DNA from: Candidatus Moraniibacteriota bacterium
Lineage (GTDB): Bacteria; Patescibacteriota; Minisyncoccia; Moranbacterales; UBA2206
Reading direction: 5' to 3'
DNA: 64,000 nt
Assembly: GCA_049303795.1 (NCBI GenBank)
Contig: JBAQNM010000007.1
Coordinates: 13,665 to 77,664 of the forward strand
The first letter of the stretch is position 1; each line of letters opens with the position of its first letter. The notes under the pieces are model-generated. The model was not told the DNA's origin. It did not search any database and saw nothing but the letters and a program-made list of their open reading frames with translations. Both the position numbers and the translations under genes were made by a program. Positions 49,102 through 58,851 of the stretch are shown piece by piece.

Positions 49102-50486
49102 AGGTATTAATTCTTGATCCGAGCTGGCCAGGAAAAAACGCAGTGTCTAGCGAAAAGATTGTCACTGCCTCAACGGGCGGTGCTCCCCAGCAAAATGAGG
49201 GCGCGATGTGCGTGGCTCAGGCAGCCCGCATGGCTGGTCATGAGGTGGAATATTTTCAGGCGCCGTATCACGGGTCGCCTGAAGATGTGCTGGCTAAAAT
49301 CGAAAACATTGCTGTGCTGGCATTATCACTGATGCAGTGGAACACACCTGTGGGGTTGCGATTTGCCCAAAAGGCGAAAGAGATCAATCCTATGGTAAAA
49401 GTGGCGGTGGGCGGCGTTTCACCTACATGCGTGCCCGAGCATTACTACAAAAATCCTTCAATCGATGCGGTGTTTGTCAGAGAGGGAGAAGAAATTTTTG
49501 TCAAATGGTTGAATGCGGGCATGCCCAGTGGAATTTTCAAAGCTAGTCGCGTAATCGACTGGGCAAAATATCAAGCGCCAGTTGATCAAACCATCCTCAA
49601 AAATCTGTATTTCCGAGGCCTGGCACCGGCTGGCAATGCGTGGGGATTCTATTTTACTCGAGGTTGTGCCGGTCGGTGTAAATTCTGTTGCACCCCGCAT
49701 GTTTTTCCAGGCGGAGAAATTGCAGATGATGTTTTAGGTGCTATTCGTCGGTTAATTCATCTTCGCGAACAGGGAGTTATGGGTGTGGACATCGCCAATG
49801 CCACTTTCAATGATAACCCTACTCTTGTAAGATATTTCTGCGAAAGCCTCATTTCGTCTGGGCTGAAGATGCCATGGACAGCTATGTGTGGCACGCACGG
49901 TGTCGACTTTGATATTTATTCATTAATGGCCAAGGCTGGCTGTTTCAAAGTTGGCTTCGGCATTGAAAATGCGACCCAACAAGGTCGCAAAAAGCTCGGT
50001 AAAAGAGGTTTTGCATCAGATAAATGTCATGACAGTGTTTATGCAGCACATGACGCCGGGTTACTTATCAGAGGATTTTTAATGATAGGTTCACTGGAGG
50101 ATGACGAGCAAACAATTGATTCTGTCAAAGAGTTATTAACAATGTTACCCATTGATGATCCGCGATTGGCGTTTATCACACCATTCGCCGGAACTACGTT
50201 CCACAAGCAGATGGTATATAGTGGACAAATCATCGACGATGATTGGAGTCATTATACTACCAATCGACCCGTCATTGGCACCGAAGATCGAGTCATGGAA
50301 CTTATAACTATGCAGCGGGAGATTATTCACTGGTTTTGGGCAGAGGGGCCTGGGCGATCGCAGATGATCAAACGTCTTTATAATGACCCTACAGCTTGGG
50401 TTTCGCGTTATCATCGATTTCTCACCAGAGACATAATTCCAAATGGATTTTTACGACCGGAAGAAGTTCCAAGTGAAATTTTGTAA
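49098..50486 (+). CDS. B12-binding-domain radical SAM enzyme
   Basis: N-terminal Rossmann-like cobalamin-binding-type region (KVLILDPSWPG...VAVGGVSPT). It is followed by the rSAM cluster motif GCAGRCKFCC (Cx3Cx2C) and a TIM-barrel-like core. The GC content is visibly higher than the surrounding genes. Confidence 0.8.
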   Translation: MKVLILDPSWPGKNAVSSEKIVTASTGGAPQQNEGAMCVAQAARMAGHEVEYFQAPYHGSPEDVLAKIENIAVLALSLMQWNTPVGLRFAQKAKEINPMVKVAVGGVSPTCVPEHYYKNPSIDAVFVREGEEIFVKWLNAGMPSGIFKASRVIDWAKYQAPVDQTILKNLYFRGLAPAGNAWGFYFTRGCAGRCKFCCTPHVFPGGEIADDVLGAIRRLIHLREQGVMGVDIANATFNDNPTLVRYFCESLISSGLKMPWTAMCGTHGVDFDIYSLMAKAGCFKVGFGIENATQQGRKKLGKRGFASDKCHDSVYAAHDAGLLIRGFLMIGSLEDDEQTIDSVKELLTMLPIDDPRLAFITPFAGTTFHKQMVYSGQIIDDDWSHYTTNRPVIGTEDRVMELITMQREIIHWFWAEGPGRSQMIKRLYNDPTAWVSRYHRFLTRDIIPNGFLRPEEVPSEIL

Positions 50487-50538
50487 GATTATTTTGAGAA
50501 AAATATAGTAGGCTATATATTTTAAAAGGAGACACGTC

Positions 50539-51480
50539 ATGAATGAAATTATCAGGCTTCATATTTTTCCTAGAGTAAGTTGGACATGGGACGAGTTTGT
50601 TGCAAAAACTCCTAAAAATTCAATTGCTTTGGACGGCATGGTCAAAGGAGGACCACGTTTTGACGAAGAAACAAGGCATATAAATTTTGACCATCACGAT
50701 GGAGTTATTCGTGAAGCCACTATGAGTACTGCTATGCAAGTTTTCATGGCAATAAAAGGCGGCTTAATGCAATCCTTTCGAGAAAACGGGCATCCTTCTG
50801 CTAATGTTTATATCAATGATACCGATCAAGATACAACATTAGCTGTTTGGCTATTAGGCAAATATCATCTTTTTGAAGGAACGCAAAGCTATCCATTAAT
50901 AAGCCGTTTGCTTTTTTTGGAAGACAAATGGGATATTACTGGAGGCGCCTTTCCAATTAGCCTAAGCGATAACCTTGTTTGCCAGCATGCCTGGATTTTC
51001 TATCCATATACATGCTTAAGAAAATCTGGGAAGTTAGCCAGTGCGGATGAAAATGTTCTCCGAGATAATATCGAAGCAAGCATAAAAAGGCTTGATGATT
51101 ATTTTATTGGAAAGGCAGGAGAAGAAGAAATAGATATACGGCACGAAATACTTTATGATTCTGCTAATTTTAAAATCATAAAAGAAATCGGCGGCGATGC
51201 CAGGCAATTTCTTTTTGGAAAAGGGCTGAATGCTTTTATAAGTCTTGTAACTGTTAGAGAAGATGGCCGATTCGTATGGAGCATTGGCAGGCGTTCAAAA
51301 TTCATACCTTTTCCTGTTCCACAACTATATATTGATTTTAATGAAGCGGAAGGTCTAACTGCTTTAAATGGCTGGGGCGGATCAGATATAGTGGGTGGTT
51401 CATCTCGGGAATTCGGCAGTAAGCTGATGTGGGAAAAACTTGCAGAAATTACCGAGAAGAGATTGAAAATAATTATGTAA
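50539..51480 (+). CDS. Hypothetical protein of intermediate GC content
   Basis: 313-aa ORF with no recognised motif. Last gene of the gyrA-flanked island. Confidence 0.45.
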   Translation: MNEIIRLHIFPRVSWTWDEFVAKTPKNSIALDGMVKGGPRFDEETRHINFDHHDGVIREATMSTAMQVFMAIKGGLMQSFRENGHPSANVYINDTDQDTTLAVWLLGKYHLFEGTQSYPLISRLLFLEDKWDITGGAFPISLSDNLVCQHAWIFYPYTCLRKSGKLASADENVLRDNIEASIKRLDDYFIGKAGEEEIDIRHEILYDSANFKIIKEIGGDARQFLFGKGLNAFISLVTVREDGRFVWSIGRRSKFIPFPVPQLYIDFNEAEGLTALNGWGGSDIVGGSSREFGSKLMWEKLAEITEKRLKIIM

Positions 51481-51520
51481 CAACACAACAAAACAAATCC
51501 TGCACTTTGAAAAAATAAAA

Positions 51521-51552
51521 AACCCGACGTTTATTATAGCGCCGGGTTTTAT
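51521..51552. terminator. Bidirectional rho-independent terminator between the island and gyrA
   Basis: Stem aacccgacg / cgccgggtt with an A-run before and a T-run after. Confidence 0.5.
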
Positions 51553-51567
51553 ATTTATTTAAGATTT

Positions 51568-54012
51568 TTATAAAACCGCAGTAGCAGCCACTTTATCTCC
51601 GGCTTGTGGCTTCATTACACGAACACCTTGAGTAGCGCGACCGAGAGAAGATATACTTTTCAAAGGAATGCGAATAATTTGACCTTTTTCAGAAGTAAGA
51701 ATCAGGTCAGCTTCCAGATTATCGATATTGATAATATTAGCACCAACTAATTTACCGGTTTTTGTAGTGATGGAAGCGGTTTTTATTCCGGAACCACCTC
51801 GCTTTTGGATTTTGTAATATTTAATATCAGATCTTTTTCCATAACCATTCTCAGTAATAACTAATAGTTGATTGCCTTTTTGTCCCTTAAAAAGGACATC
51901 CATTCCAACAACCAGGTCGTCTTTTTTTAGTTTTATACCGCGAACACCAGTAGCAGCGCGTCCCATTGAGCGAACATCGCTTTCCTTGAAGTGGATTGCT
52001 TGACCTTGTGAGGTCGATACAACTACTTCGTCTGTTCCAGTTGTTGCGCTAACCCAGCGGAGAGCATCACCCTTATCAAGTTTAATTGCAATAAGTCCGG
52101 AGCGTCTGACATTTTCAAATTCTTCCAGAGTAGTTTTTTTGACAGTTCCCATTTCAGTTGCCATGAAAAGATATTTATAACTATCATCTTTATTGAAGGC
52201 AATAATAGCAGTGACTTTTTCTTCTTGTGAAAGTTGTAGGAAGTTTACAATTGATTGTCCTTTGGAAATACGGGATGATTCAGGCAATTCGAAAGCTTTA
52301 GTTTGGAAAACTTTTCCGTTGTTAGTAAAGAATAAGAGATTATCATGGGTCATAACGCCGAGTAGTTTTTCAATTTCATCACCTTCTTTAGTTGATGCTC
52401 CAATTACACCTTTTCCTCCACGCTTCTGAACTTTATAAACAGTTGGGTTCATTCTTTTAATATAACCTTCTTTGGAAATAGTGATGATGGCTTCTTCGTC
52501 AGGAATCAAATCTTCTTGACGAAATTCTGTTAGGCCTGATTTAATGATTTTTGTGCGACGTTCATCACCAAACTTTTCTTTAACACGATTTAATTCGTCC
52601 TTGACGATAGCTAGAATTTTCTTTACGCTTTTTAGGATAGCTTCAAGTTCAGCGATTAATTTTAATTTTTCCGCTAGTTCGTCTTCAATTTTCTTTTGTT
52701 CGAGTCCGGCAAGGGTTTGCAATTTCATTTCCAAAATAGCGGTTGTTTGACGATCCGAGAGTTTGAATTTTTTCATCAAATTAACATGCGCTTCTTCTTT
52801 TGTTTTGGATTTTTTGATGGTTTCAATTACGGCGTCAATATAATCCAGCGCTTTTTTTAGACCTTCTAGGATATGAGCGCGATCCTGAGCTTTTTCAAGA
52901 TCAAAACGTGTTTTACGAGTGATCACTTCTTTTCTGTGAGCGATATAATATTCAAAAATTGCTTTTAAATTAAGCACGGTTGGCTCAATTCCATCAACCA
53001 ATGCTAGCATATTAACACCAAAATTCTTTTGAAGATCAGTTAATTCATATAGTTTATTGAGGACTTTTTGTGGATAAGCGTCTTTTTTAAGATCGATTAC
53101 AAGGCGAACTCCATCTTTATCAGATTCATCACGAATATCACGAATACCAACAATTTTTCCTTCTTTCACAAGGTCAGCCATTCTTTCAATCATGGTAGAT
53201 TTGTTGGTGGCATAGGTCATTTCAGTGACAATAATTTGAAAAGCGCCAGCTTTATTTTCATGAATGTCGGCTTTGGCGCGAGTTAGGATTTTTCCACGAC
53301 CAGTTTTATAGGCTTCAACAATATCTTTTTTATTATAAATAATTCCTCCAGTAGGAAAGTCTGGACCTTTTACGAATTCACATAGATCGTCAACTGTAGC
53401 ATCAGGATTGTCAATAAGATGACTAATACCTTCAATTAATTCAAATAAATTGTGTGGAGGAATATTAGTCGCCATACCAACGGCGATTCCCATTGATCCG
53501 TTGAGAAGTAGCTGAGGAAGATTAGATGGGAGAACAGTTGGTTCTTTATGCTGTCCATCAAAGTTGGGTACAAAATCGACAGTATTTTTTTCAATATCAG
53601 TGAGCATTTCTTCAGCAATACTAGAAAGTTTTGCTTCAGTATAACGATAAGCAGCTGCGCTGTCTCCGTCCATCGATCCAAAGTTTCCTTGACCTTTAAC
53701 TAGGGGATAGCGTAAGGAAAAGTCTTGAGCCATACGTACCATAGAGTCATAAACAGCTACATCTCCGTGGGGGTGATATTTTCCCAAAACCTCTCCAACT
53801 ACTGTGGCAGATTTTCGAAATTTGGCATTAGCACGCAGTCCTGTGTTCCACATCGAATAAAGAATACGGCGATGAACTGGTTTCATGCCATCACGCACAT
53901 CAGGAAGAGCACGCGCAACAATCACGCTCATGGCATAATCCAAATAGGATTGTTGAATTTCTTCAGTTATTTCACGGGGCTGAATATTTTCCAGCTCAAT
54001 TTTCATTTCCAT
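51568..54012 (-). CDS. gyrA: DNA gyrase subunit A
   Basis: The QRDR-region block [26 protein letters not shown], the active-site Tyr region AAAYRYTE, and C-terminal beta-pinwheel repeats. 814 aa. Confidence 0.95.
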   Translation of the reverse strand: MEMKIELENIQPREITEEIQQSYLDYAMSVIVARALPDVRDGMKPVHRRILYSMWNTGLRANAKFRKSATVVGEVLGKYHPHGDVAVYDSMVRMAQDFSLRYPLVKGQGNFGSMDGDSAAAYRYTEAKLSSIAEEMLTDIEKNTVDFVPNFDGQHKEPTVLPSNLPQLLLNGSMGIAVGMATNIPPHNLFELIEGISHLIDNPDATVDDLCEFVKGPDFPTGGIIYNKKDIVEAYKTGRGKILTRAKADIHENKAGAFQIIVTEMTYATNKSTMIERMADLVKEGKIVGIRDIRDESDKDGVRLVIDLKKDAYPQKVLNKLYELTDLQKNFGVNMLALVDGIEPTVLNLKAIFEYYIAHRKEVITRKTRFDLEKAQDRAHILEGLKKALDYIDAVIETIKKSKTKEEAHVNLMKKFKLSDRQTTAILEMKLQTLAGLEQKKIEDELAEKLKLIAELEAILKSVKKILAIVKDELNRVKEKFGDERRTKIIKSGLTEFRQEDLIPDEEAIITISKEGYIKRMNPTVYKVQKRGGKGVIGASTKEGDEIEKLLGVMTHDNLLFFTNNGKVFQTKAFELPESSRISKGQSIVNFLQLSQEEKVTAIIAFNKDDSYKYLFMATEMGTVKKTTLEEFENVRRSGLIAIKLDKGDALRWVSATTGTDEVVVSTSQGQAIHFKESDVRSMGRAATGVRGIKLKKDDLVVGMDVLFKGQKGNQLLVITENGYGKRSDIKYYKIQKRGGSGIKTASITTKTGKLVGANIINIDNLEADLILTSEKGQIIRIPLKSISSLGRATQGVRVMKPQAGDKVAATAVL

Positions 54013-54114
54013 TTTGATATTGTTCTAGATTAAAAGAATTATTATAACTATACAAAAAAGCTTAATAAAAGCCTTATTTTTTATTATTAAATAAATAAGA
54101 TTTTTAAAATCAAT

Positions 54115-54504
54115 TTATTTAGGAGGTAATATTTCGTTTGGAGTCTGACTTTCTTGAGGTCTTATTTCTGATGAACTTTGATCATTTTGAGGGGATATTT
54201 CATTTGAAAAACTCTCTTCCAATTGGTTACTTTCTGGTGGAATAGTGTTGTTTAGGTTATCAATAGCATCTTTGGTATTTTTTGTTACATCTTCTAGTGA
54301 TTTTTTTTGAGCTTGAAAATCACGCATTATTTGTTCATTTTTTAATTTAGTAGCGGGATCTTCATAAATATTGGCGGAAAAAAAAGAAAAAAACCAAAGT
54401 AATAAAATGAAAAACATTGAAATTGCAATAAGTCCGTAAATATAACGAATACGTATATGTTCGGGTTTTTTTCTAATTTCTTCTATTTTTCTTTCAATAT
54501 TCAT
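54115..54504 (-). CDS. Hypothetical small membrane-anchored protein
   Basis: 129 aa with one TM helix and a Gln/Ser-rich C-terminal tail. Confidence 0.4.
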   Translation of the reverse strand: MNIERKIEEIRKKPEHIRIRYIYGLIAISMFFILLLWFFSFFSANIYEDPATKLKNEQIMRDFQAQKKSLEDVTKNTKDAIDNLNNTIPPESNQLEESFSNEISPQNDQSSSEIRPQESQTPNEILPPK

Positions 54505-54509
54505 TATTT

Positions 54510-55169
54510 TTATTCTATACCCATCACAATTACCTCCATATTTTTACTTTCAAAATCCTTACTTTTTAGATTTAATTTTGATGGTCTTTCTGTTGAACAA
54601 TTTCCCATTTCTAAACAAAAACTCTTTTCATCAGCGACATCGATAGTGGAATTTTTTATTTTAAAATGAATCGGAATTATTATATTTGGTTCAATTTTTT
54701 TAATATTTTCGATTGCCTTTTTATAATCCAGTGTATATTTCCCACCAATCGGTATCATTAAAACATTAACTCCACCAATTTTTTCTAGTTGCTTTTCATT
54801 TAAATCACAACCTAAATCACCAAGATGACAAATTTTTATATCCTCACTGTCAATTAGATAAATGGTATTATCGCCTTTTTCCTTGCCATTATTAGCATCA
54901 TGATAAGAGGGTATTCCAATAATATTGATTCCTCTAACTGAATATTCTCCTGGCAGGTCGATGATACGAGGCTCACCTTTGAGTGCTTCTACATTATTAT
55001 GATCAGAATGATTATGAGTTACTAAGACAACATCAGCTTGCCCTTGTGGTGGTCGAAGACCGATTGATTTGTCAAAGGGATCGATAAATAAATTTACTTC
55101 TTCCTGACCTCTGCCTGCTGGTTTGATAGATATTTTAAAGCAAGAATGGCCATAATATTGAATATTCAT
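54510..55169 (-). CDS. MBL-fold metallo-hydrolase
   Basis: VLVTHNHSDHNN (HxHxDH) and downstream His/Asp ligands. 219 aa. Confidence 0.78.
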   Translation of the reverse strand: MNIQYYGHSCFKISIKPAGRGQEEVNLFIDPFDKSIGLRPPQGQADVVLVTHNHSDHNNVEALKGEPRIIDLPGEYSVRGINIIGIPSYHDANNGKEKGDNTIYLIDSEDIKICHLGDLGCDLNEKQLEKIGGVNVLMIPIGGKYTLDYKKAIENIKKIEPNIIIPIHFKIKNSTIDVADEKSFCLEMGNCSTERPSKLNLKSKDFESKNMEVIVMGIE

Positions 55170-55326
55170 AGTGTTTGTTGTTTTTTAATTAAAAATCTAA
55201 ACAGATTTAGGGCTGTTACTAAGAGTATAATAACACATTAAAAAAGGGCTGTCGAGATTTTAGCAAAAAGCGTGTAGTCTTTTAAATTTTTTGGAAGTGT
55301 GTTAGATTTTAGTAGATCTTAATATT

Positions 55327-55398
55327 GTCCCTATAGTTCAACGGATAGAACAAGAGACTCCTAAGCTCTAGATCCAAGTTCAATTCTTGGTGGGGACA
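55327..55398 (+). tRNA. tRNA-Arg (anticodon CCT, read by eye). The 3' CCA is not encoded.
   Basis: Cloverleaf: acceptor GTCCCTA / TGGGGAC with discriminator A, D-arm GTTC-AACGGATA-GAAC, anticodon loop CTCCTAA, and T-arm CCAAG-TTCAATT-CTTGG. There is one non-Watson-Crick pair at 31:39. Confidence 0.65.
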
Positions 55399-55406
55399 CA
55401 AATAAA

Positions 55407-56909
55407 ATGCTTTCTAAAATCCCAAAATATATAATAGGCACAATTCAAAGTCTTAATGAGGCTGGCTTTGAAGCGTTTGTGGTGGGTGGTTGCGTGCGAG
55501 ATTTGATGATGAAAAATCCCGAGTACTCGGGACCAAAGGACTGGGACATTGCAACAAATGCGAAACCGGAAGATCTTTTGAAAATCTTTCCGGACGGGAA
55601 ATATGAAAATAATTTTGGAACAGTGATGTTGCCATTAAAATATACCAATGGCGTTTCTGAGGAAGATTGGAATGGGCCGAATGTGGAAATCACAACATAT
55701 CGCATTGAATCTAAATATTCTGATAAGCGTCATCCGGATGAGGTGAAATTTGCGAAAACTTTGAAAGAGGATTTGAGTCGAAGAGATTTTACGGTGAATG
55801 CGATGGCGATAAAAATCAATAAACAGGAGTCAGAAAATAAATTTGAAATAATTGATCTTTTTGGTGGACAAGAAGATTTAAAGAATAAAAAAATTAGAGC
55901 GGTGGGGGAAGCGGAGGAAAGATTTGATGAGGATGCACTTCGCATGATGCGAGCAATTCGTTTCTCAGTGCAACTTGGTTTTGAGATTGAAGAAAAAACT
56001 TTTCTGGCAATTAAGAAAAATTCCAAAAACTTAAAATTTATTTCGGGGGAAAGAATTCGCGATGAGTTTAATAAGATTATACTTTCAAATAATCCGAGCA
56101 AAGGAGCGGAGCTTTTAGTAGAAAGCAAATTAATGGATGAATTTATTCCCGAGATAATTGCGACTATCGGTGTGAAACAAAATCGTCATCATTATTTTGG
56201 GCCATATAATACCGTCTATGCTCATTTATTGGCAAGTCTGGAAAAATGTCCATCTGAAAAATTGGAAGTGCGTTTGGCATCATTTCTGCATGACCTGGGA
56301 AAACCAAAATCAAAAAGAGGAGAAGGGGAGATGTCAACTTTCTATAGTCATGAATATATCGGCGCAAAAATGGTGGAGAACATTTTGGAGCGAATGAAAT
56401 ACCCACGAAAAGTTATTGATAAAACTGTGATGCTCGTCAAGAATCACATGTTCTATTATAACGTCGATGAAGTGGGCGAATCAGGAGTGCGTCGCGTGGT
56501 GCAAAAAGTGGGAGTGGAAAATATTAACGATTTAATTGACGTGCGAGTTGCTGATCGACTTGGATCTGGCGTTGCCAAAGCGGTGCCATATAAACTTCGC
56601 CATTTCAAATTCATGGTGGAAAAAGTATCAAGCGATGCTATTTCAGTCAAACAGCTAAGAATTAATGGCAATGATTTAATAGCCGAACTCAAAATCCAAC
56701 CCGGACCAAAAATCGGGGCGATTTTGGATGTGCTTCTGGCAGAGGTGATTGACGACCAAACTCTAAACGAAAAAGAAAAACTTTTGAAACTAGCCAAAGA
56801 CTTAGACAAAAAAGATCTCGCCGAACTCCGTGCGTTTGCTAAGCAAAAAATTGAGAAAGAAAAAAAGGAAGAGGAGGAATTGATGAAGAAGAAATATTGG
56901 GTGGAATAG
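55407..56909 (+). CDS. cca: CCA-adding tRNA nucleotidyltransferase (class II, with HD domain)
   Basis: FVVGGCVRDLMM...DWDIAT NTase head, then RDFTVNAMA, followed by the HD phosphohydrolase region (HHYF...FLHDLGK). Confidence 0.88.
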   Translation: MLSKIPKYIIGTIQSLNEAGFEAFVVGGCVRDLMMKNPEYSGPKDWDIATNAKPEDLLKIFPDGKYENNFGTVMLPLKYTNGVSEEDWNGPNVEITTYRIESKYSDKRHPDEVKFAKTLKEDLSRRDFTVNAMAIKINKQESENKFEIIDLFGGQEDLKNKKIRAVGEAEERFDEDALRMMRAIRFSVQLGFEIEEKTFLAIKKNSKNLKFISGERIRDEFNKIILSNNPSKGAELLVESKLMDEFIPEIIATIGVKQNRHHYFGPYNTVYAHLLASLEKCPSEKLEVRLASFLHDLGKPKSKRGEGEMSTFYSHEYIGAKMVENILERMKYPRKVIDKTVMLVKNHMFYYNVDEVGESGVRRVVQKVGVENINDLIDVRVADRLGSGVAKAVPYKLRHFKFMVEKVSSDAISVKQLRINGNDLIAELKIQPGPKIGAILDVLLAEVIDDQTLNEKEKLLKLAKDLDKKDLAELRAFAKQKIEKEKKEEEELMKKKYWVE

Positions 56910-56930
56910 GAACCTAAAAAACAAAAAAAA

Positions 56931-56963
56931 GAGGCGACCCGTGGTTGTGCGGGTCGCCTTTTG
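56931..56963. terminator. Strong bidirectional rho-independent terminator after cca
   Basis: GC-rich stem gaggcgacccg / cgggtcgcc with an 8-nt loop, an A-run before and a T-run after. Confidence 0.65.
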
Positions 56964-56977
56964 TAGATTATTTTAGA

Positions 56978-57766
56978 TTATTTGCGTGCAATTAACACTG
57001 CGTAGGGAAAATAAAAAGTTATTCCCCTGTTGCTTTTTTCAATTTTCCATTTTTCTTTAACTTTTCCTGGAAGTCGTTGATAGAAATTATTAATTTCTGC
57101 GCTTCCCTCGGCATTAATTTCGGTTGTTGCGGAATAAGTAATCCAACCATCATAATCAAAAGGATTTTGAATATCCTTAAAGCCAGATTCTTCAAGTAAG
57201 TTCAAGTGGTCATTTTTAGTTGGAAAATGCCGTTTCATTTTTCCCGCATTTCCAGCAAGCCTATCTTTCAAATTTACAAGTTCATCGAAATATTTAGTCG
57301 TATCTTTTTCAGAGCAAGCAGCAATTAAAACGAACAAGCCATCATTTTTTAGCAATCGATAAACTTCTTTGATAGCGTCTGGCTGGGCTTTTTTTGGTAG
57401 ATCATGTAGCGCTCCACGCAAGAAAATTCTGTCAAAAGTATTTTCAGGCAGGCCAGTTTTTCTAATATCAGATAAAATTTTTGAGCCAGGCGTCTTGATT
57501 TGATTTAACATGGCTTGAGAAAAATCCGTGAATGATATTTTTGATATTTTCCCAAGTGTTTTTAACTCCTTATTAAGAGTTTCGCCGATTTTGCCTGTGC
57601 CACACATTGCATCTAATATCTCAGATTTTGGTGGCAATGATTTAAGGTTTGAGTATTTTAGAATTTTTGGTATTAAATCATCACGACGCAAACCAGCATA
57701 CTCCTTACAATTCCAACGATGAGAAATTTTATCATATCTCCTAAGTAGACCCTCGTTTGTTTTCAT
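56978..57766 (-). CDS. Class I SAM-dependent methyltransferase
   Basis: The SAM-binding motif I is ILDAMCGTGKIG, with acidic motif II and motif III following. Confidence 0.7.
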   Translation of the reverse strand: MKTNEGLLRRYDKISHRWNCKEYAGLRRDDLIPKILKYSNLKSLPPKSEILDAMCGTGKIGETLNKELKTLGKISKISFTDFSQAMLNQIKTPGSKILSDIRKTGLPENTFDRIFLRGALHDLPKKAQPDAIKEVYRLLKNDGLFVLIAACSEKDTTKYFDELVNLKDRLAGNAGKMKRHFPTKNDHLNLLEESGFKDIQNPFDYDGWITYSATTEINAEGSAEINNFYQRLPGKVKEKWKIEKSNRGITFYFPYAVLIARK

Positions 57767-57952
57767 AGCTAGTCATCCTTTTTTAAATTTTTAAGAAGCA
57801 CTCATTTTGATCATAACTAATAAGTATAAATGTTTTTTTAATAACGTCAATAAATAAGGATAATAATTTTATTTATTAATAAGGATTGACTTAATTTAAG
57901 CCATATAGTATGCTATTTTTGACGACCAAAATTATCGACATAATATAAAACA

Positions 57953-58696
57953 ATGGAAATATTAGAGGAAAAATTAAAGCTTTTAGGGTTAAATGAAAAA
58001 GAAGCCATAATATATCGGGCGATATTACAAGGGAAAAAAGCAACAATCATAGATCTTGCCAAAGCGACAGGGACAAAGAGAACGACAGTTTATCATTGTT
58101 TAGATGCTTTAGTGGAAAAAAGTTTGGTGAATAGGGTCATGAAAGATGGGCATAAATATTATTATGCTGAAGATCCAGAGGAGAGTTTAAAATTAATACT
58201 CAAGGAAAAAGAGGATGTGATTAAGAAATTAATTCCTGATTTGAAATCTATATTCGGCACAAATCTTTATCAGCCGGAAATTGAGATATATAGAAATATA
58301 AATGGAATCCGAAAAATCTTAGAAGACATACTTAGTGTTAAAGAGTCAGTAGTTAGATATTACTTATCTGAATATAATGTGGAAGACATGGCTGGAGCGG
58401 ATTTTGTAGATGAATTTGTAAAAAAAAGAATTGCCTCAGGAGTGAAAAGCTTGGCGCTTCGATCATTTAAGTATAAGCCTGAAAGGGAGAAGATTTCAAC
58501 GCATGCTAAGCAGCTTCGAGAGGTGCGCTTCGTTCCGGAAAATATAATTATCAAACCATATATTTGTATTTATGATGATAAGGTGACAATGATTTCCACA
58601 AAAGAAGAAAAGCTGGGCTTTATAATTAAGTCGCATGAATTTGCCGAAGCACAAAAAGCGATTTTTGATATGATTTGGAATGGGGTGGCTATATAA
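57953..58696 (+). CDS. TrmB-like HTH transcriptional regulator, paralog 3 of 4
   Basis: wHTH LNEKEAIIYRAILQGKKATIIDLAKATGTKRTTVYHCLDALVEKSLV plus a C-terminal domain. Confidence 0.6.
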   Translation: MEILEEKLKLLGLNEKEAIIYRAILQGKKATIIDLAKATGTKRTTVYHCLDALVEKSLVNRVMKDGHKYYYAEDPEESLKLILKEKEDVIKKLIPDLKSIFGTNLYQPEIEIYRNINGIRKILEDILSVKESVVRYYLSEYNVEDMAGADFVDEFVKKRIASGVKSLALRSFKYKPEREKISTHAKQLREVRFVPENIIIKPYICIYDDKVTMISTKEEKLGFIIKSHEFAEAQKAIFDMIWNGVAI

Positions 58697-58719
58697 TAAA
58701 ATTAAGTACATTTTTATTA

Positions 58720-58778
58720 TTGCTAAGCAAAAAATTGAGAAAGAGGAGTTGATGAAGAAAAAGTATTAGGTGGAGTAG
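58720..58778 (+). repeat. Decayed duplicate of the cca 3' end (copy 2 of 3)
   Basis: ttgctaagcaaaaaattgagaaagaggagttgatgaagaaaaagtattaggtggagtag aligns to the last ~60 nt of cca, with a premature in-frame stop. Confidence 0.7.
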
Positions 58779-58789
58779 CCTAGAAATAC

Positions 58790-58818
58790 TTGACAAATAT
58801 CAAAATTTGTTATAATAT
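58790..58818 (+). promoter_or_regulatory. Sigma70-like promoter candidate upstream of the DUF4143 ATPase gene
   Basis: TTGACA at 58790-58795, then TATAAT after a 15-nt spacer (or TAATAT after a 17-nt spacer), about 35 nt upstream of the start codon. Confidence 0.45.
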
Positions 58819-58851
58819 TGAGAATATAATACTATAATTTATACTAATTTT

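Noticed and set aside
49098-51480. GC-rich segment as assembly contamination or a chimera
   Set aside because: It cannot be excluded without reads. However, the segment is embedded between low-GC genes with a translationally coupled junction, and the whole island is bounded by gyrA 3'-end direct repeats, which favours genuine horizontal acquisition. It is flagged for coverage checking.
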